Positions 1 to 8,509 of a stretch of DNA of 32,000 nucleotides are shown in pieces. Below the pieces are notes generated by a model. It was not told the origin of the DNA. It made no database searches and worked only from the letters and a program-made list of their open reading frames with translations. The translations under genes were made by a program, and so were the position numbers. The DNA is taken from positions 450,001-482,000 of the forward strand of contig NZ_OZ060402.1 in the NCBI RefSeq assembly GCF_964059045.1, given 5' to 3'. Source of the stretch: Candidatus Saccharimonadota bacterium. GTDB taxonomy: Bacteria > Pseudomonadota > Gammaproteobacteria > Enterobacterales > Enterobacteriaceae. Each line of letters begins with the position of its first letter. Within the stretch, counting starts at the first letter, position 1.

Positions 1-89
1 CTAAAAATTTAATAGGAAAAATTATTAATGTTAAAATTATAAAAATTCATTCTTATTCTCTCAAAGGTCAAATGATAACCTCGCAATAA
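1..89 (+). CDS. miaB: 3' end of miaB (tRNA methylthiotransferase), C-terminal TRAM-domain tail; the 5' part lies outside the window
   Basis: Frame 3 reads KNLIGKIINVKIIKIHSYSLKGQMITSQ* with stop TAA at 87-89. This is colinear with the E. coli MiaB TRAM segment [23 protein letters not shown]. Its position upstream of ybeY-corC matches the enterobacterial miaB-ybeZ-ybeY-corC cluster. It is absent from the ORF track because no start codon lies in the window. Confidence 0.55.
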   Translation, partial: KNLIGKIINVKIIKIHSYSLKGQMITSQ

Positions 90-392
90 AAATTTATTAT
101 CTGAATAATGATATTTTAATGTTTTATATGTTTTTAGCATCACAAATAAAAAAATTAAATATTTAAAATTAATATTATTAATTTTATAATATATAAATAT
201 CAAAAATAAATTATTAAACATTTTTAAAACAAAATATTAATTGTTTTAAAAATACAATTATTATACTAATTAATAAAAATATAAACTATAATATTAATGA
301 TTAATATTAATTAATAGATAAAAATTTTAAAATATGATAAACAATAATATAATTATATGAACAAAAAATAAAAATCATGATTTTTTAAAATT

Positions 393-857
393 ATGAATAT
401 ATTACAATTAAATTTACAAATTATATCTTGTGATAATAGTTATATACCAAAAAAAAAATATTTTAAAAAATGGTTAATAATAGTTTTAAAAAACCAATCA
501 ATACATGCAAAAATTACAATTAGAATTGTTAATGAATTAGAAATAAAAAAATTAAATAAACAATATAGAAAACAAAATAAAATTACAAATATACTATCTT
601 TTGCTTATTTTATACCGTATAAAAAAAATCAATGTTTGATTGGAGATTTAGTTATCTGTAGTAAAAAAATTCAAGAAGAATCAATCAAACAAAAAAAATC
701 ATTTAAATCTCACTGGGCTCATATTATCATACATGGAATTTTACATTTACTCGGTTATAATCATATTAAAAAACTTGATCGTGTTTATATGGAATTAATC
801 GAAATAAATTATTTATATCATTTTGGATTTAAAAATCCATATATATCAAAAAAATAA
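393..857 (+). CDS. ybeY: Endoribonuclease YbeY (16S rRNA 3'-end maturation factor)
   Basis: 154 aa versus about 155 aa in E. coli. The zinc motif HGILHLLGYNH (H..H.....H) is intact, GDLVIC and HWAH are conserved, and the gene is followed by corC as in E. coli. Confidence 0.9.
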   Translation: MNILQLNLQIISCDNSYIPKKKYFKKWLIIVLKNQSIHAKITIRIVNELEIKKLNKQYRKQNKITNILSFAYFIPYKKNQCLIGDLVICSKKIQEESIKQKKSFKSHWAHIIIHGILHLLGYNHIKKLDRVYMELIEINYLYHFGFKNPYISKK

Positions 858-934
858 TTTTTTAAAATTATTCTATATCAAATTTATAAAAAAAATTTCA
901 AAATTAACTATTATGAGAAAAATAATTAAAAAAA

Positions 935-1804
935 ATGAGCAACGACTATTCAGAACAGAAAAAAAAAATAAACAAAAAAAGTTTTTTTTCCAATTTACTT
1001 AATCAACTCAGAACAGAAGAACCAAAAAATAAAGAAGAACTCCTTTTAATGATTAGAAAACTAGAAAAAAATTCAATTATTGATCACGATACTAGCGATA
1101 TGTTAGAAGGAGCAATAGATATTACTAAAAAAAAAGTTAAAGATATCATGATTCCAAGAACACAAATGATAACTTTAAAAATAAATTATGACTTTAATAC
1201 TTGTATTAATATTATTATTCAATCTGCTCATTCCAGATATCCCGTGATGAGCATTGATAATAATTATGTAGAAGGATTATTAATAGCCAAAGATTTATTA
1301 CCATTTATGAAAAAAAAACTAGATAATTTTTGCATTAAAAAAATAATGCGAACATCAATTATTGTACCTGAAAGTAAGAATGTAAATCGCATGTTAAAAG
1401 AATTTAGATCAAAACACTACCATATGGCTTTAGTTATTGACGAATTTGGAGCAGTTTCAGGATTAGTAACAATTGAAGATATATTAGAATTAATAGTGGG
1501 AAATATTGAAGATGAATATGATACAAATTCAGTGCTCCAAGTTCATCAAATCAATCAGAATTCTTTTGCAATTCCAGCATTAACTGAAATTAAAGAATTT
1601 AATGAAATGTTTAAAACTAATTTAAATGATAAAGAGGTAGATACTATTGGTGGTTTAGTTATGACTAAATTAGGATATTTACCTATAAAAGGAGAATCTA
1701 TTAATATTAAAGGATATATATTTAAAATATCAATTGCTGATAGTAGAAAAATTATACAAATTCATGTTACTATTCCTAAAAATAAAATAAAAAAAATAGA
1801 GTAA
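935..1804 (+). CDS. corC: CorC/YbeX-family Mg/Co efflux-associated protein (CBS pair plus CorC_HlyC domain)
   Basis: 289 aa. The segments DIMIPRTQM, HMALVIDEFGAVSGLVTIEDILELIVG.IEDE and GGLV are typical of YbeX/CorC, and the gene sits directly after ybeY. Confidence 0.88.
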   Translation: MSNDYSEQKKKINKKSFFSNLLNQLRTEEPKNKEELLLMIRKLEKNSIIDHDTSDMLEGAIDITKKKVKDIMIPRTQMITLKINYDFNTCINIIIQSAHSRYPVMSIDNNYVEGLLIAKDLLPFMKKKLDNFCIKKIMRTSIIVPESKNVNRMLKEFRSKHYHMALVIDEFGAVSGLVTIEDILELIVGNIEDEYDTNSVLQVHQINQNSFAIPALTEIKEFNEMFKTNLNDKEVDTIGGLVMTKLGYLPIKGESINIKGYIFKISIADSRKIIQIHVTIPKNKIKKIE

Positions 1805-2428
1805 ATTATTTATCATGATAAAACAATAAAATTAAATATAATATTGTTCTGATAATTTCTATTGTTGATTAAACCATCAAGAATTTATTTTGATATTATA
1901 TCAATAGAATAAATAATTATATTTAATATTTTATATTAAAAATATATGTCAAAAAAATAGACATATTTTAAAATTATTTAAAATACAATAATTTTTAATG
2001 CATTTTTTATCTTTTTATGCAATATTTTAAAAATAATTCAAAATTTATAAATTCTATTTAAAAAAATAAATAATTTTTATTATTTTATTAATTCAATGAT
2101 TATTAAAAATTATTTTTATAATCAACAATATTTTTTAAAATTAATTATTTATCAATCTTAATTGATTATCTAATAATAAATTTATATATAAAATATTTTT
2201 TAAAATTTTTAATAAAAATATAATTTTATTTTCAAAAATAATTATTATTAATTAAAAGTCAATTATAAAAATATATATATATATAAAATTATATTAAAAA
2301 AATAATATATTTTTTATAAAAAAAATGTATTTATATAATTTTTAAAAAATTATATTTTCATTAAAAATTATTTTATATAAATTAACATTATTCATTAACA
2401 ATATATCATTAAAGTGCTCAATAAAAAT

Positions 2429-5029
2429 ATGATTAACAATTATAATCCAGCAGAAATAGAAAAATTTGTTCAAAAATATTGGAAAAAAAATAATACATTT
2501 CAAGTTACAGAAGATCAAAAAAAAGAAAAATATTATTGTTTATCAATGTTGCCATATCCATCTGGAAATTTACACATGGGACATGTAAGAAATTATACAA
2601 TTAGTGATGTCATTTCTAGATATCAAAGAATGATAGGTAAAAATGTTCTACAACCAATAGGATGGGATGCTTTTGGATTACCTGCTGAAGAAGCCGCTAT
2701 TCAAAATAAAATCAATCCTGCAGATTGGACTAAAAAAAATATACAATCTATGAAAAAACAATTATTACTATTAGGATTTAGTTATGATTGGAACCGAGAA
2801 ATCAATACTTCAAATCCAGAATATTATCGTTGGGAACAATGGATATTTAAAAAATTATATCAAAAAAAAATCGCATATAAAAAAACAGCCCTGGTTAATT
2901 GGTGCCCTAATGATAATACAGTTTTAGCTAACGAACAAGTAATTGATAAAAAATGTTGGAGGTGTAATTCATTAGTTACTCAAAAAAATATTTCCCAATG
3001 GTTTTTAAAAATAACTCATTATGCTGAAGAATTATTAAATCATTTAGATAAACTAACTGGATGGCCGAAAGATGTAAAACAAATGCAAAAAAATTGGATT
3101 GGAAAATCACAAATAATAGAAATTAATGTATTTGTTAGTCATAATAATGAAAAATTAAAAGTATATACTAATCGATTAGATTATCTTATGGGAGCTACTT
3201 TCATAGCTATTTCTACTTGTCATCCATTGTCAAAAAAATTAAAAAAAATAAATAAAAATATTAATTTTTTTTTAAAAAATTCTTGTTCTAATTTAGATTA
3301 TGCTAGTAATCAAAAAGAATTTAATAAAAAAGGAATTAATACTAATCAATTTATTATACATCCATTAACAAATCATTTAATACCAATATGGATTGCAAAC
3401 TTTGTTTTAAAAGAATATTCAGTTAACTCAATTATTTGTACTCCAGCACATAATCAAACTGAATGGGCTTTCGCAAAAGAAAATAAAATATTAATCAAAT
3501 CAGTGATTCTTGATATTAATAATGAAAACCCAGATATTACTCAAAAAGCAACAATAAATACAGGAATTTTATATAATTCTCAACAATATAATGGTTTAAA
3601 TAATAAAACAGCATGTGCTGTAATATTTCAAACATTAAAAAATAAAAAAATAGCAAAAAAAAAAATAATTTTTAAAATTAAAGATTGGGGGGTATCAAGA
3701 CAAAGATATTGGGGAACCCCTATACCAATGGCTATTAGTGAAGATGGTACTATACATACTATACCTGATGATCAATTACCAGTAATGTTTCCAAAAATAA
3801 AATACACAAATCAAATCAAAAATAAATTAAAACCATATAAACTCTCCGAATGGAAAAAAATATTAATTAATAATAATCAAGCATTAAGAGAAACAAATAC
3901 ATTCGATACATTTATAGAATCTTCATGGTATTATGCTCGTTATACTTCACCTCATGATCAAAAATATATGATTAATCCTATTGCAGAAAAATATTGGTTA
4001 CCAGTAGATCAATATATTGGTGGAATAGAACATGCTACAATGCATTTAATATATTTTAGATTTTATCATAAATTATTAAGGGATTTTGGATTAGTAACAT
4101 CGGATGAACCAGTAAAAAATTTATTATGTCAAGGAATGGTATTATCAGATGCTTTTTATTACTTTGATGATAATAATAAAAAAATTTGGATCTCGCCTAA
4201 CCAATTAAAAATTGAAAAAGACAAAAAAGAAAAAATTATTCAAATTACACATAAAAATAAAAAACAAATTGTTCATGCAGGTATGATTAAAATGTCTAAA
4301 TCAAAAAAAAATGGCGTTGAACCAGAAAAAATTATTCATCAATATGGAGCAGATACACTAAGATTATTTATTATGTTTGCAGCACCAATAGAAATGTCTT
4401 TAGAATGGAAAGAACCAGGAATTAATGGATTACATCGTTTTTTAAAAAAATTATGGAAATTAACACATGATTATATTAATCTAAAAAATATTTACATTAA
4501 TTTAAATTGGAATAATCTGAATGATTTTCAAAAAAAAATAAAAATAAAAATTAATCAAACAATTATAAAAGTAACAGATGATATTGATCGCAGAAAAATA
4601 TTTAATACTGCAATTGCTGAAATTATGAAATTAGTTAATATATTAACTAAAATACCATTAATTGAAAAACAAAATAAAAATTTAATGTATTACGCTTTAA
4701 TTAATATTATAAAAATGTTATATCCATTTACACCTCATATATGTTTTATAATGTGGAAAAAAATAACAGGAAAATATGATATTGATAATCATAGATGGCC
4801 TAATACTAAAAATCTCATTATTAAAAATAATAATTATTCTATTATTTTTCAAGTTAACGGGAAAACACGTCAAATTATTAATGTTGATCAAGAAAACATA
4901 ACACAAGAAAAAATTATATCCATAGCTATTAATGAACCAAAAATTAAACAACAAATTGAAAGTTATAATATAAAAAAAATTATTTATATTAAGAATAAAT
5001 TATTAAATATAGTACTTATTAAAAAATAA
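2429..5029 (+). CDS. leuS: Leucine--tRNA ligase (LeuRS)
   Basis: Colinear with E. coli LeuRS over the whole length. HIGH (HMGH) and KMSKS motifs are present, as are WGVSRQRYWG and FDTFIESSWYY. I chose ATG 2429 because MINNYNPAEIE aligns residue for residue with E. coli MQEQYRPEEIE. The ORF-track GTG at 2414 is an alternative start. Confidence 0.95.
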   Translation: MINNYNPAEIEKFVQKYWKKNNTFQVTEDQKKEKYYCLSMLPYPSGNLHMGHVRNYTISDVISRYQRMIGKNVLQPIGWDAFGLPAEEAAIQNKINPADWTKKNIQSMKKQLLLLGFSYDWNREINTSNPEYYRWEQWIFKKLYQKKIAYKKTALVNWCPNDNTVLANEQVIDKKCWRCNSLVTQKNISQWFLKITHYAEELLNHLDKLTGWPKDVKQMQKNWIGKSQIIEINVFVSHNNEKLKVYTNRLDYLMGATFIAISTCHPLSKKLKKINKNINFFLKNSCSNLDYASNQKEFNKKGINTNQFIIHPLTNHLIPIWIANFVLKEYSVNSIICTPAHNQTEWAFAKENKILIKSVILDINNENPDITQKATINTGILYNSQQYNGLNNKTACAVIFQTLKNKKIAKKKIIFKIKDWGVSRQRYWGTPIPMAISEDGTIHTIPDDQLPVMFPKIKYTNQIKNKLKPYKLSEWKKILINNNQALRETNTFDTFIESSWYYARYTSPHDQKYMINPIAEKYWLPVDQYIGGIEHATMHLIYFRFYHKLLRDFGLVTSDEPVKNLLCQGMVLSDAFYYFDDNNKKIWISPNQLKIEKDKKEKIIQITHKNKKQIVHAGMIKMSKSKKNGVEPEKIIHQYGADTLRLFIMFAAPIEMSLEWKEPGINGLHRFLKKLWKLTHDYINLKNIYINLNWNNLNDFQKKIKIKINQTIIKVTDDIDRRKIFNTAIAEIMKLVNILTKIPLIEKQNKNLMYYALINIIKMLYPFTPHICFIMWKKITGKYDIDNHRWPNTKNLIIKNNNYSIIFQVNGKTRQIINVDQENITQEKIISIAINEPKIKQQIESYNIKKIIYIKNKLLNIVLIKK

Positions 5030-5115
5030 AAATTTAAAAACATCGCAATTTAAATTTAATTTTTAAAAATATTTATAAAAAAATTTTTATTTTAAACATT
5101 AAAAAAGTTACCATC

Positions 5116-6081
5116 ATGACTATTTTTTATGACAATCTTGATATTAATTTACAAAAAAAATTATATTCTTGTTATATTCTACAAGGGAAAGAAATCATTT
5201 TGTGCCAAGATAGTGAAGAATTAATAATTCATTACGCAAATAAAAATGGCTATTATAAAATAAAATATTTTTATCCAAATAACAAATTAGAATGGGAAAA
5301 AATATTTTCAATGAATATTAACAAAAATATTTTTGTAGAAAAAAAAATATTAATTATAAACATTTCTCTCCATGAAATGAAAAATAATAATTATAAAACG
5401 ATTAATACATTAATCCATACATCAAATAACTACACCTTATTAATAATAAAATGTTATCAAGATTTTTACTTTAATACAAAAAAAATTTTTTATACAAATC
5501 CATATAATAATGGATTATTAGTTAATTGCACTATCTTGAATCATATTAGTTTTAAAAAATGGTTTGATAATAAAATCAAAAAAAATAAAATAATTATTAA
5601 TAAAAATATTCAAAAAATATTATGCTCATATTATGAAAATAATTTATTATCATTATCAAAAATATTAGATGTACTATCTTTAATATATTTTAATTCTGAA
5701 GTACAAATAACAGAAATTTATAATATAATTAGTGATGAATGTTTATTTAATGTATTCCAATGGTCAACATCAATTTTAAGTGGAAATGGTAAAAAATCTG
5801 TTAAAATTTTAAAAAAACTTATTGATAGCCATTATGAACCAATTATTTTAATTAGAGTTTTACAAAAATCAATATTAAAAATCATTCAAACACAGTATTT
5901 AATGACGAATATGTTGTCAAATATTAAAAAAACAAATACAATTAAATTATTTGATAAAAATAATTTTTTAAAATTATATAAAATAATAAAATTATTATCA
6001 AAAATAGAAATCAATATAAAAACCCATAAAAAAAATTCTATCTGGATTCAATTAAAAATATTATCATTAACTTTTAATTAA
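5116..6081 (+). CDS. holA: DNA polymerase III delta subunit
   Basis: 321 aa and divergent, but colinear with E. coli HolA. LYSCYILQGKEIILCQDSEE matches LRAAYLLLGNDPLLLQESQD, YYENNLLSLSKILDVLSL matches CYEGNLLALAQALERLSL, and EPIILIRVLQK matches EPVILLRTLQR. It lies between leuS and nadD as in E. coli. Confidence 0.85.
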   Translation: MTIFYDNLDINLQKKLYSCYILQGKEIILCQDSEELIIHYANKNGYYKIKYFYPNNKLEWEKIFSMNINKNIFVEKKILIINISLHEMKNNNYKTINTLIHTSNNYTLLIIKCYQDFYFNTKKIFYTNPYNNGLLVNCTILNHISFKKWFDNKIKKNKIIINKNIQKILCSYYENNLLSLSKILDVLSLIYFNSEVQITEIYNIISDECLFNVFQWSTSILSGNGKKSVKILKKLIDSHYEPIILIRVLQKSILKIIQTQYLMTNMLSNIKKTNTIKLFDKNNFLKLYKIIKLLSKIEINIKTHKKNSIWIQLKILSLTFN

Positions 6082-6111
6082 TATTAACAATAATTACATA
6101 GACAGTTATTT

Positions 6112-6755
6112 ATGAATTCAATATATGCAATATTTGGTGGTTCATTTGATCCTATTCATTATGGACATTTAAATATAATAAATAAAATTATCAAAGAAAT
6201 AAAACTTAAAGAAATAATAATTTTACCTAATTATAAACCAATATATCGAAATAAATCGATTACGAATATTATTCATCGAATTAAAATGATCAAATATGCT
6301 ATATCTAATCAGATTCAATATAAAATTAATTTAATTGAAGTAAAAAAAAAATTATTTTTACTATAAACACATTAAAAATAATAAGATCAGAAATAGGAGC
6401 AAAAAAACCTATTGTTTTTATCATAGGAGAAGATAATTTAATTAATATACAAACTTGGAAAGAATGGAACAAATTATTAAACTTTTGCCATTTAATAATT
6501 TGTCCTAGAAAAAATAACAACTTAAAATTAAATCAAATATTAAAAAAATGGATCCAGAAAAATAAAATTACTAATATAAATTTATTAAAAAAAAGTGCAT
6601 CTGGATATATTTTTTTTTCAAAAATTAATTGTATTAATATTTCTTCAACAGTAATCAGAAATATGTATTATCAAAATCAAAATGAAAAAAATTTAGTACC
6701 TCAAAAAGTTTTAAACTATATAAAAAAACATAATCTATATCAAGATCCTTCATGA
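6112..6755 (+). pseudogene. nadD: Nicotinate-nucleotide adenylyltransferase NadD, split by a frameshift inside an A10 run (6342-6351) and possibly still expressed via slippage
   Basis: The N-terminal 84 codons (6112-6366, GGSFDPIHYGH motif) stop at TAA 6364-6366. The rest of the protein continues without stops in the frame whose codons start at multiples of 3. It reads KKKIIFTINTLKIIRSEIGAKKPIVFIIGEDNL...NISSTVIRN...VLNYIKKHNLYQDPS* with TGA at 6753-6755. One extra A gives about 214 aa, against 213 in E. coli. Confidence 0.9.
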
Positions 6756-6829
6756 TATATATAAAAAATAAAAATTTTCACTGAAAAATTCTATTTATTT
6801 TTAACATTATTTAATATAAAACATGATTT

Positions 6830-7060
6830 ATGATAAAATATAATAAAAAAATCAATATAGTAGGTTTGTTCTGTCCGGATCCTATAATACTTATTCGCCA
6901 TACTTTAAGAAAAATGAACAAAAATAATATATTACTAATAATAGCTGATGACCCTACAACAAAAAGAGAAATTCCAATATTTTGTCATTTTATTGGACAT
7001 CAACTATTAAAAAAAAATATTAAAAATATACCATATCAATATTTTATACAAAAACGTTAA
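6830..7060 (+). CDS. tusA: Sulfurtransferase TusA (SirA/YhhP)
   Basis: 76 aa. GLFCPDPIILIR, LLIIADDPTTKREIP.FC and IPYQYFIQK match E. coli TusA GLRCPEPVMMVR, LLIIADDPATTRDIPGFC and LPYRYLIRK. The catalytic Cys in the CPxP motif is present. Confidence 0.9.
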   Translation: MIKYNKKINIVGLFCPDPIILIRHTLRKMNKNNILLIIADDPTTKREIPIFCHFIGHQLLKKNIKNIPYQYFIQKR

Positions 7061-7250
7061 AAAAATCATTTTATATAATTAATGTATATAAAATTGATAT
7101 GAAATATTATCAACAGAAAAATTAAACAAATGCAATATTTATATTATCAAAAATAATATTAAAAATTAATATGATTAATATATTTTTATACTGTAATAAT
7201 AAAAATTATTAATAATCTATTTAAAATAGATATTTAATTTAAAAATATTT

Positions 7251-8369
7251 TTATATGGTTTTTTTTAATATTAATAATATTCTTCTTAATGGTTCAGCAG
7301 CTCCCCAAAGTAATTGGTCACCAACACTAAAAACAGATAAATAATCATTACCTATAGTCATTTTTTTAATTCTACCTACCAATATATTTAAAGTACCACT
7401 AACTTTAAGAGGATTTAAATTATTAATTGTATCTTCATAGTTATTTTCAACAACTGATACCCAAGTATTATGATTTTTTAATATTGTTTTTACATCAATA
7501 ATAGAAATATTTTTTTTTAATTTAATAGTAAATGATTGACTATGGCAACGCAAAGATCCTATACGAACACATATTCCATCAATTGGAATAATTTTTTTAG
7601 AACCTAAAATTTTATTAGTTTCAACTTCTCCTTTCCATTCTTCTTTAGTTTGACCATTACTCATACTAATATCAATCCAAGGAATTAAACTAGTTGCTAA
7701 AGGAACAGAAAATTTACTGACTGGAAAATGATCAGTTTTAATAATATTAGCTACAGTACGTTCCATATCTAAAACAGAACAAAATGGATTTTTTAAATCT
7801 GTTGAAACTGAATTATACAATACTCCCATCTGAGATAATAATTCCACCATATGACCAGAACCACTACCTGAAGCAGCTTGATAAGTCGATACTGAAATCC
7901 ATTCAATTAAATTTTTCTGAAACAATCCACCTAAAGCCATTAACATTAAACTAACTGTACAATTTCCTCCAACAAATGTTTTGATACCTTTATTTATAGA
8001 ATCGATAATTATATTATAATTAACAGGATCTAATACAATTATAACATCAGATTTCATACGTAATACTGAAGATGCATCAATCCAATATCCTTTCCAATCT
8101 AATTTTTTTAATTTAAAATAAATATCATTAGTATATTTCGATCCTTGACAAGTAATAATAATATCTAAATTCATTAATAAATCAATATCATAAGCATTTT
8201 TTAATATACCATACGAAATATTATTAATTGTTGGAGCTTGATTACCAAAATTAGAAGTAGAAAAAAAAATTAAATTTATATCAGTAATATCATTTTCTTC
8301 AATCATTCTTTTTAATAAAACTGAACCTACCATGCCACGCCAACCAATAAATCCAACATTTTTTTTCAT
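7251..8369 (-). CDS. asd: Aspartate-semialdehyde dehydrogenase
   Basis: 372 aa. MKKNVGFIGWRGMVGSVL, the active-site GGNCTVSLMLM, YQAASG.G, SLIPWID, EEWKG..ETNKIL, LRCHSQ.FTIKLKK and GDQLLWGAAEPLRR are near-identical to E. coli Asd. Confidence 0.97.
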   Translation of the reverse strand: MKKNVGFIGWRGMVGSVLLKRMIEENDITDINLIFFSTSNFGNQAPTINNISYGILKNAYDIDLLMNLDIIITCQGSKYTNDIYFKLKKLDWKGYWIDASSVLRMKSDVIIVLDPVNYNIIIDSINKGIKTFVGGNCTVSLMLMALGGLFQKNLIEWISVSTYQAASGSGSGHMVELLSQMGVLYNSVSTDLKNPFCSVLDMERTVANIIKTDHFPVSKFSVPLATSLIPWIDISMSNGQTKEEWKGEVETNKILGSKKIIPIDGICVRIGSLRCHSQSFTIKLKKNISIIDVKTILKNHNTWVSVVENNYEDTINNLNPLKVSGTLNILVGRIKKMTIGNDYLSVFSVGDQLLWGAAEPLRRILLILKKTI

Positions 8370-8457
8370 TTCTTCAGTATCACCAACTGTTATTAAATTT
8401 TATTTTCAAAAATATTATGTATAATTTTATTATGTTATAATAATTAATAATTTATTT

Positions 8458-8509
8458 AATTATTAATTATTATCAGTAATTAATAATTATTAATTATTAA
8501 TTATTAATT
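8458..8509. repeat. Short degenerate tandem array of the heptamer AATTATT in the asd-yhgN divergent spacer
   Basis: Read directly. There are two copies at 8458-8471, one degenerate copy (AATTAAT) at 8478-8484, and three copies plus a partial at 8485-8509. It is low-complexity AT sequence. Confidence 0.6.

Noticed and set aside
9-221. 70-aa minus-strand ORF from the ORF track
   Set aside because: It is low-complexity (N/F/I/Y-rich) and resembles nothing I recognise. Its 3' part lies antisense to the miaB TRAM-domain tail, which has clear homology. It is the kind of ORF expected by chance in stop-poor antisense AT-rich sequence.
2271-2285. (AT)n microsatellites in 5' spacers: this one upstream of leuS, 28420-28435 upstream of tusE, and 23926-23936 next to the tRNA
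   Set aside because: Runs of 11-16 nt of alternating AT are expected in sequence of this composition. I have no evidence for function beyond possible promoter -10-like content.
2414-2428. GTG 2414 as the leuS start
   Set aside because: It is not excluded. However, ATG 2429 gives an N-terminus (MINNYNPAEIE) that aligns residue for residue with E. coli MQEQYRPEEIE. Neither candidate has a convincing Shine-Dalgarno sequence.
4718-4954. Antisense shadow ORFs inside real genes: this one in leuS, plus 6326-6520, 8903-9163, 10339-10599, 12570-12806, 15056-15250, 16532-16735, 19193-19471, 22942-23145, 25120-25305, 27579-27761 and 27861-28052
   Set aside because: Each lies wholly or mostly within a gene on the opposite strand that aligns strongly with E. 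coli proteins. All are short (60-92 aa), low-complexity and lack recognisable motifs.
7215-7231. Short A/T hairpins that might be terminators: 7215-7231 in the tusA/asd convergent gap, 5030-5057 after leuS, 9738-9756 upstream of pgk, and 8543-8562
   Set aside because: The stems are only 8-9 bp, (almost) entirely A-T, and mostly lack a following T-tract. Such palindromes should arise often by chance here, so I did not list them as features.
8458-8509. Whether the AATTATT repeats could be a CRISPR array or a mobile-element end
   Set aside because: The unit is only 7 nt with no spacers and only about 6 copies. No cas or transposase gene lies nearby, and the pattern is consistent with slippage in low-complexity DNA.
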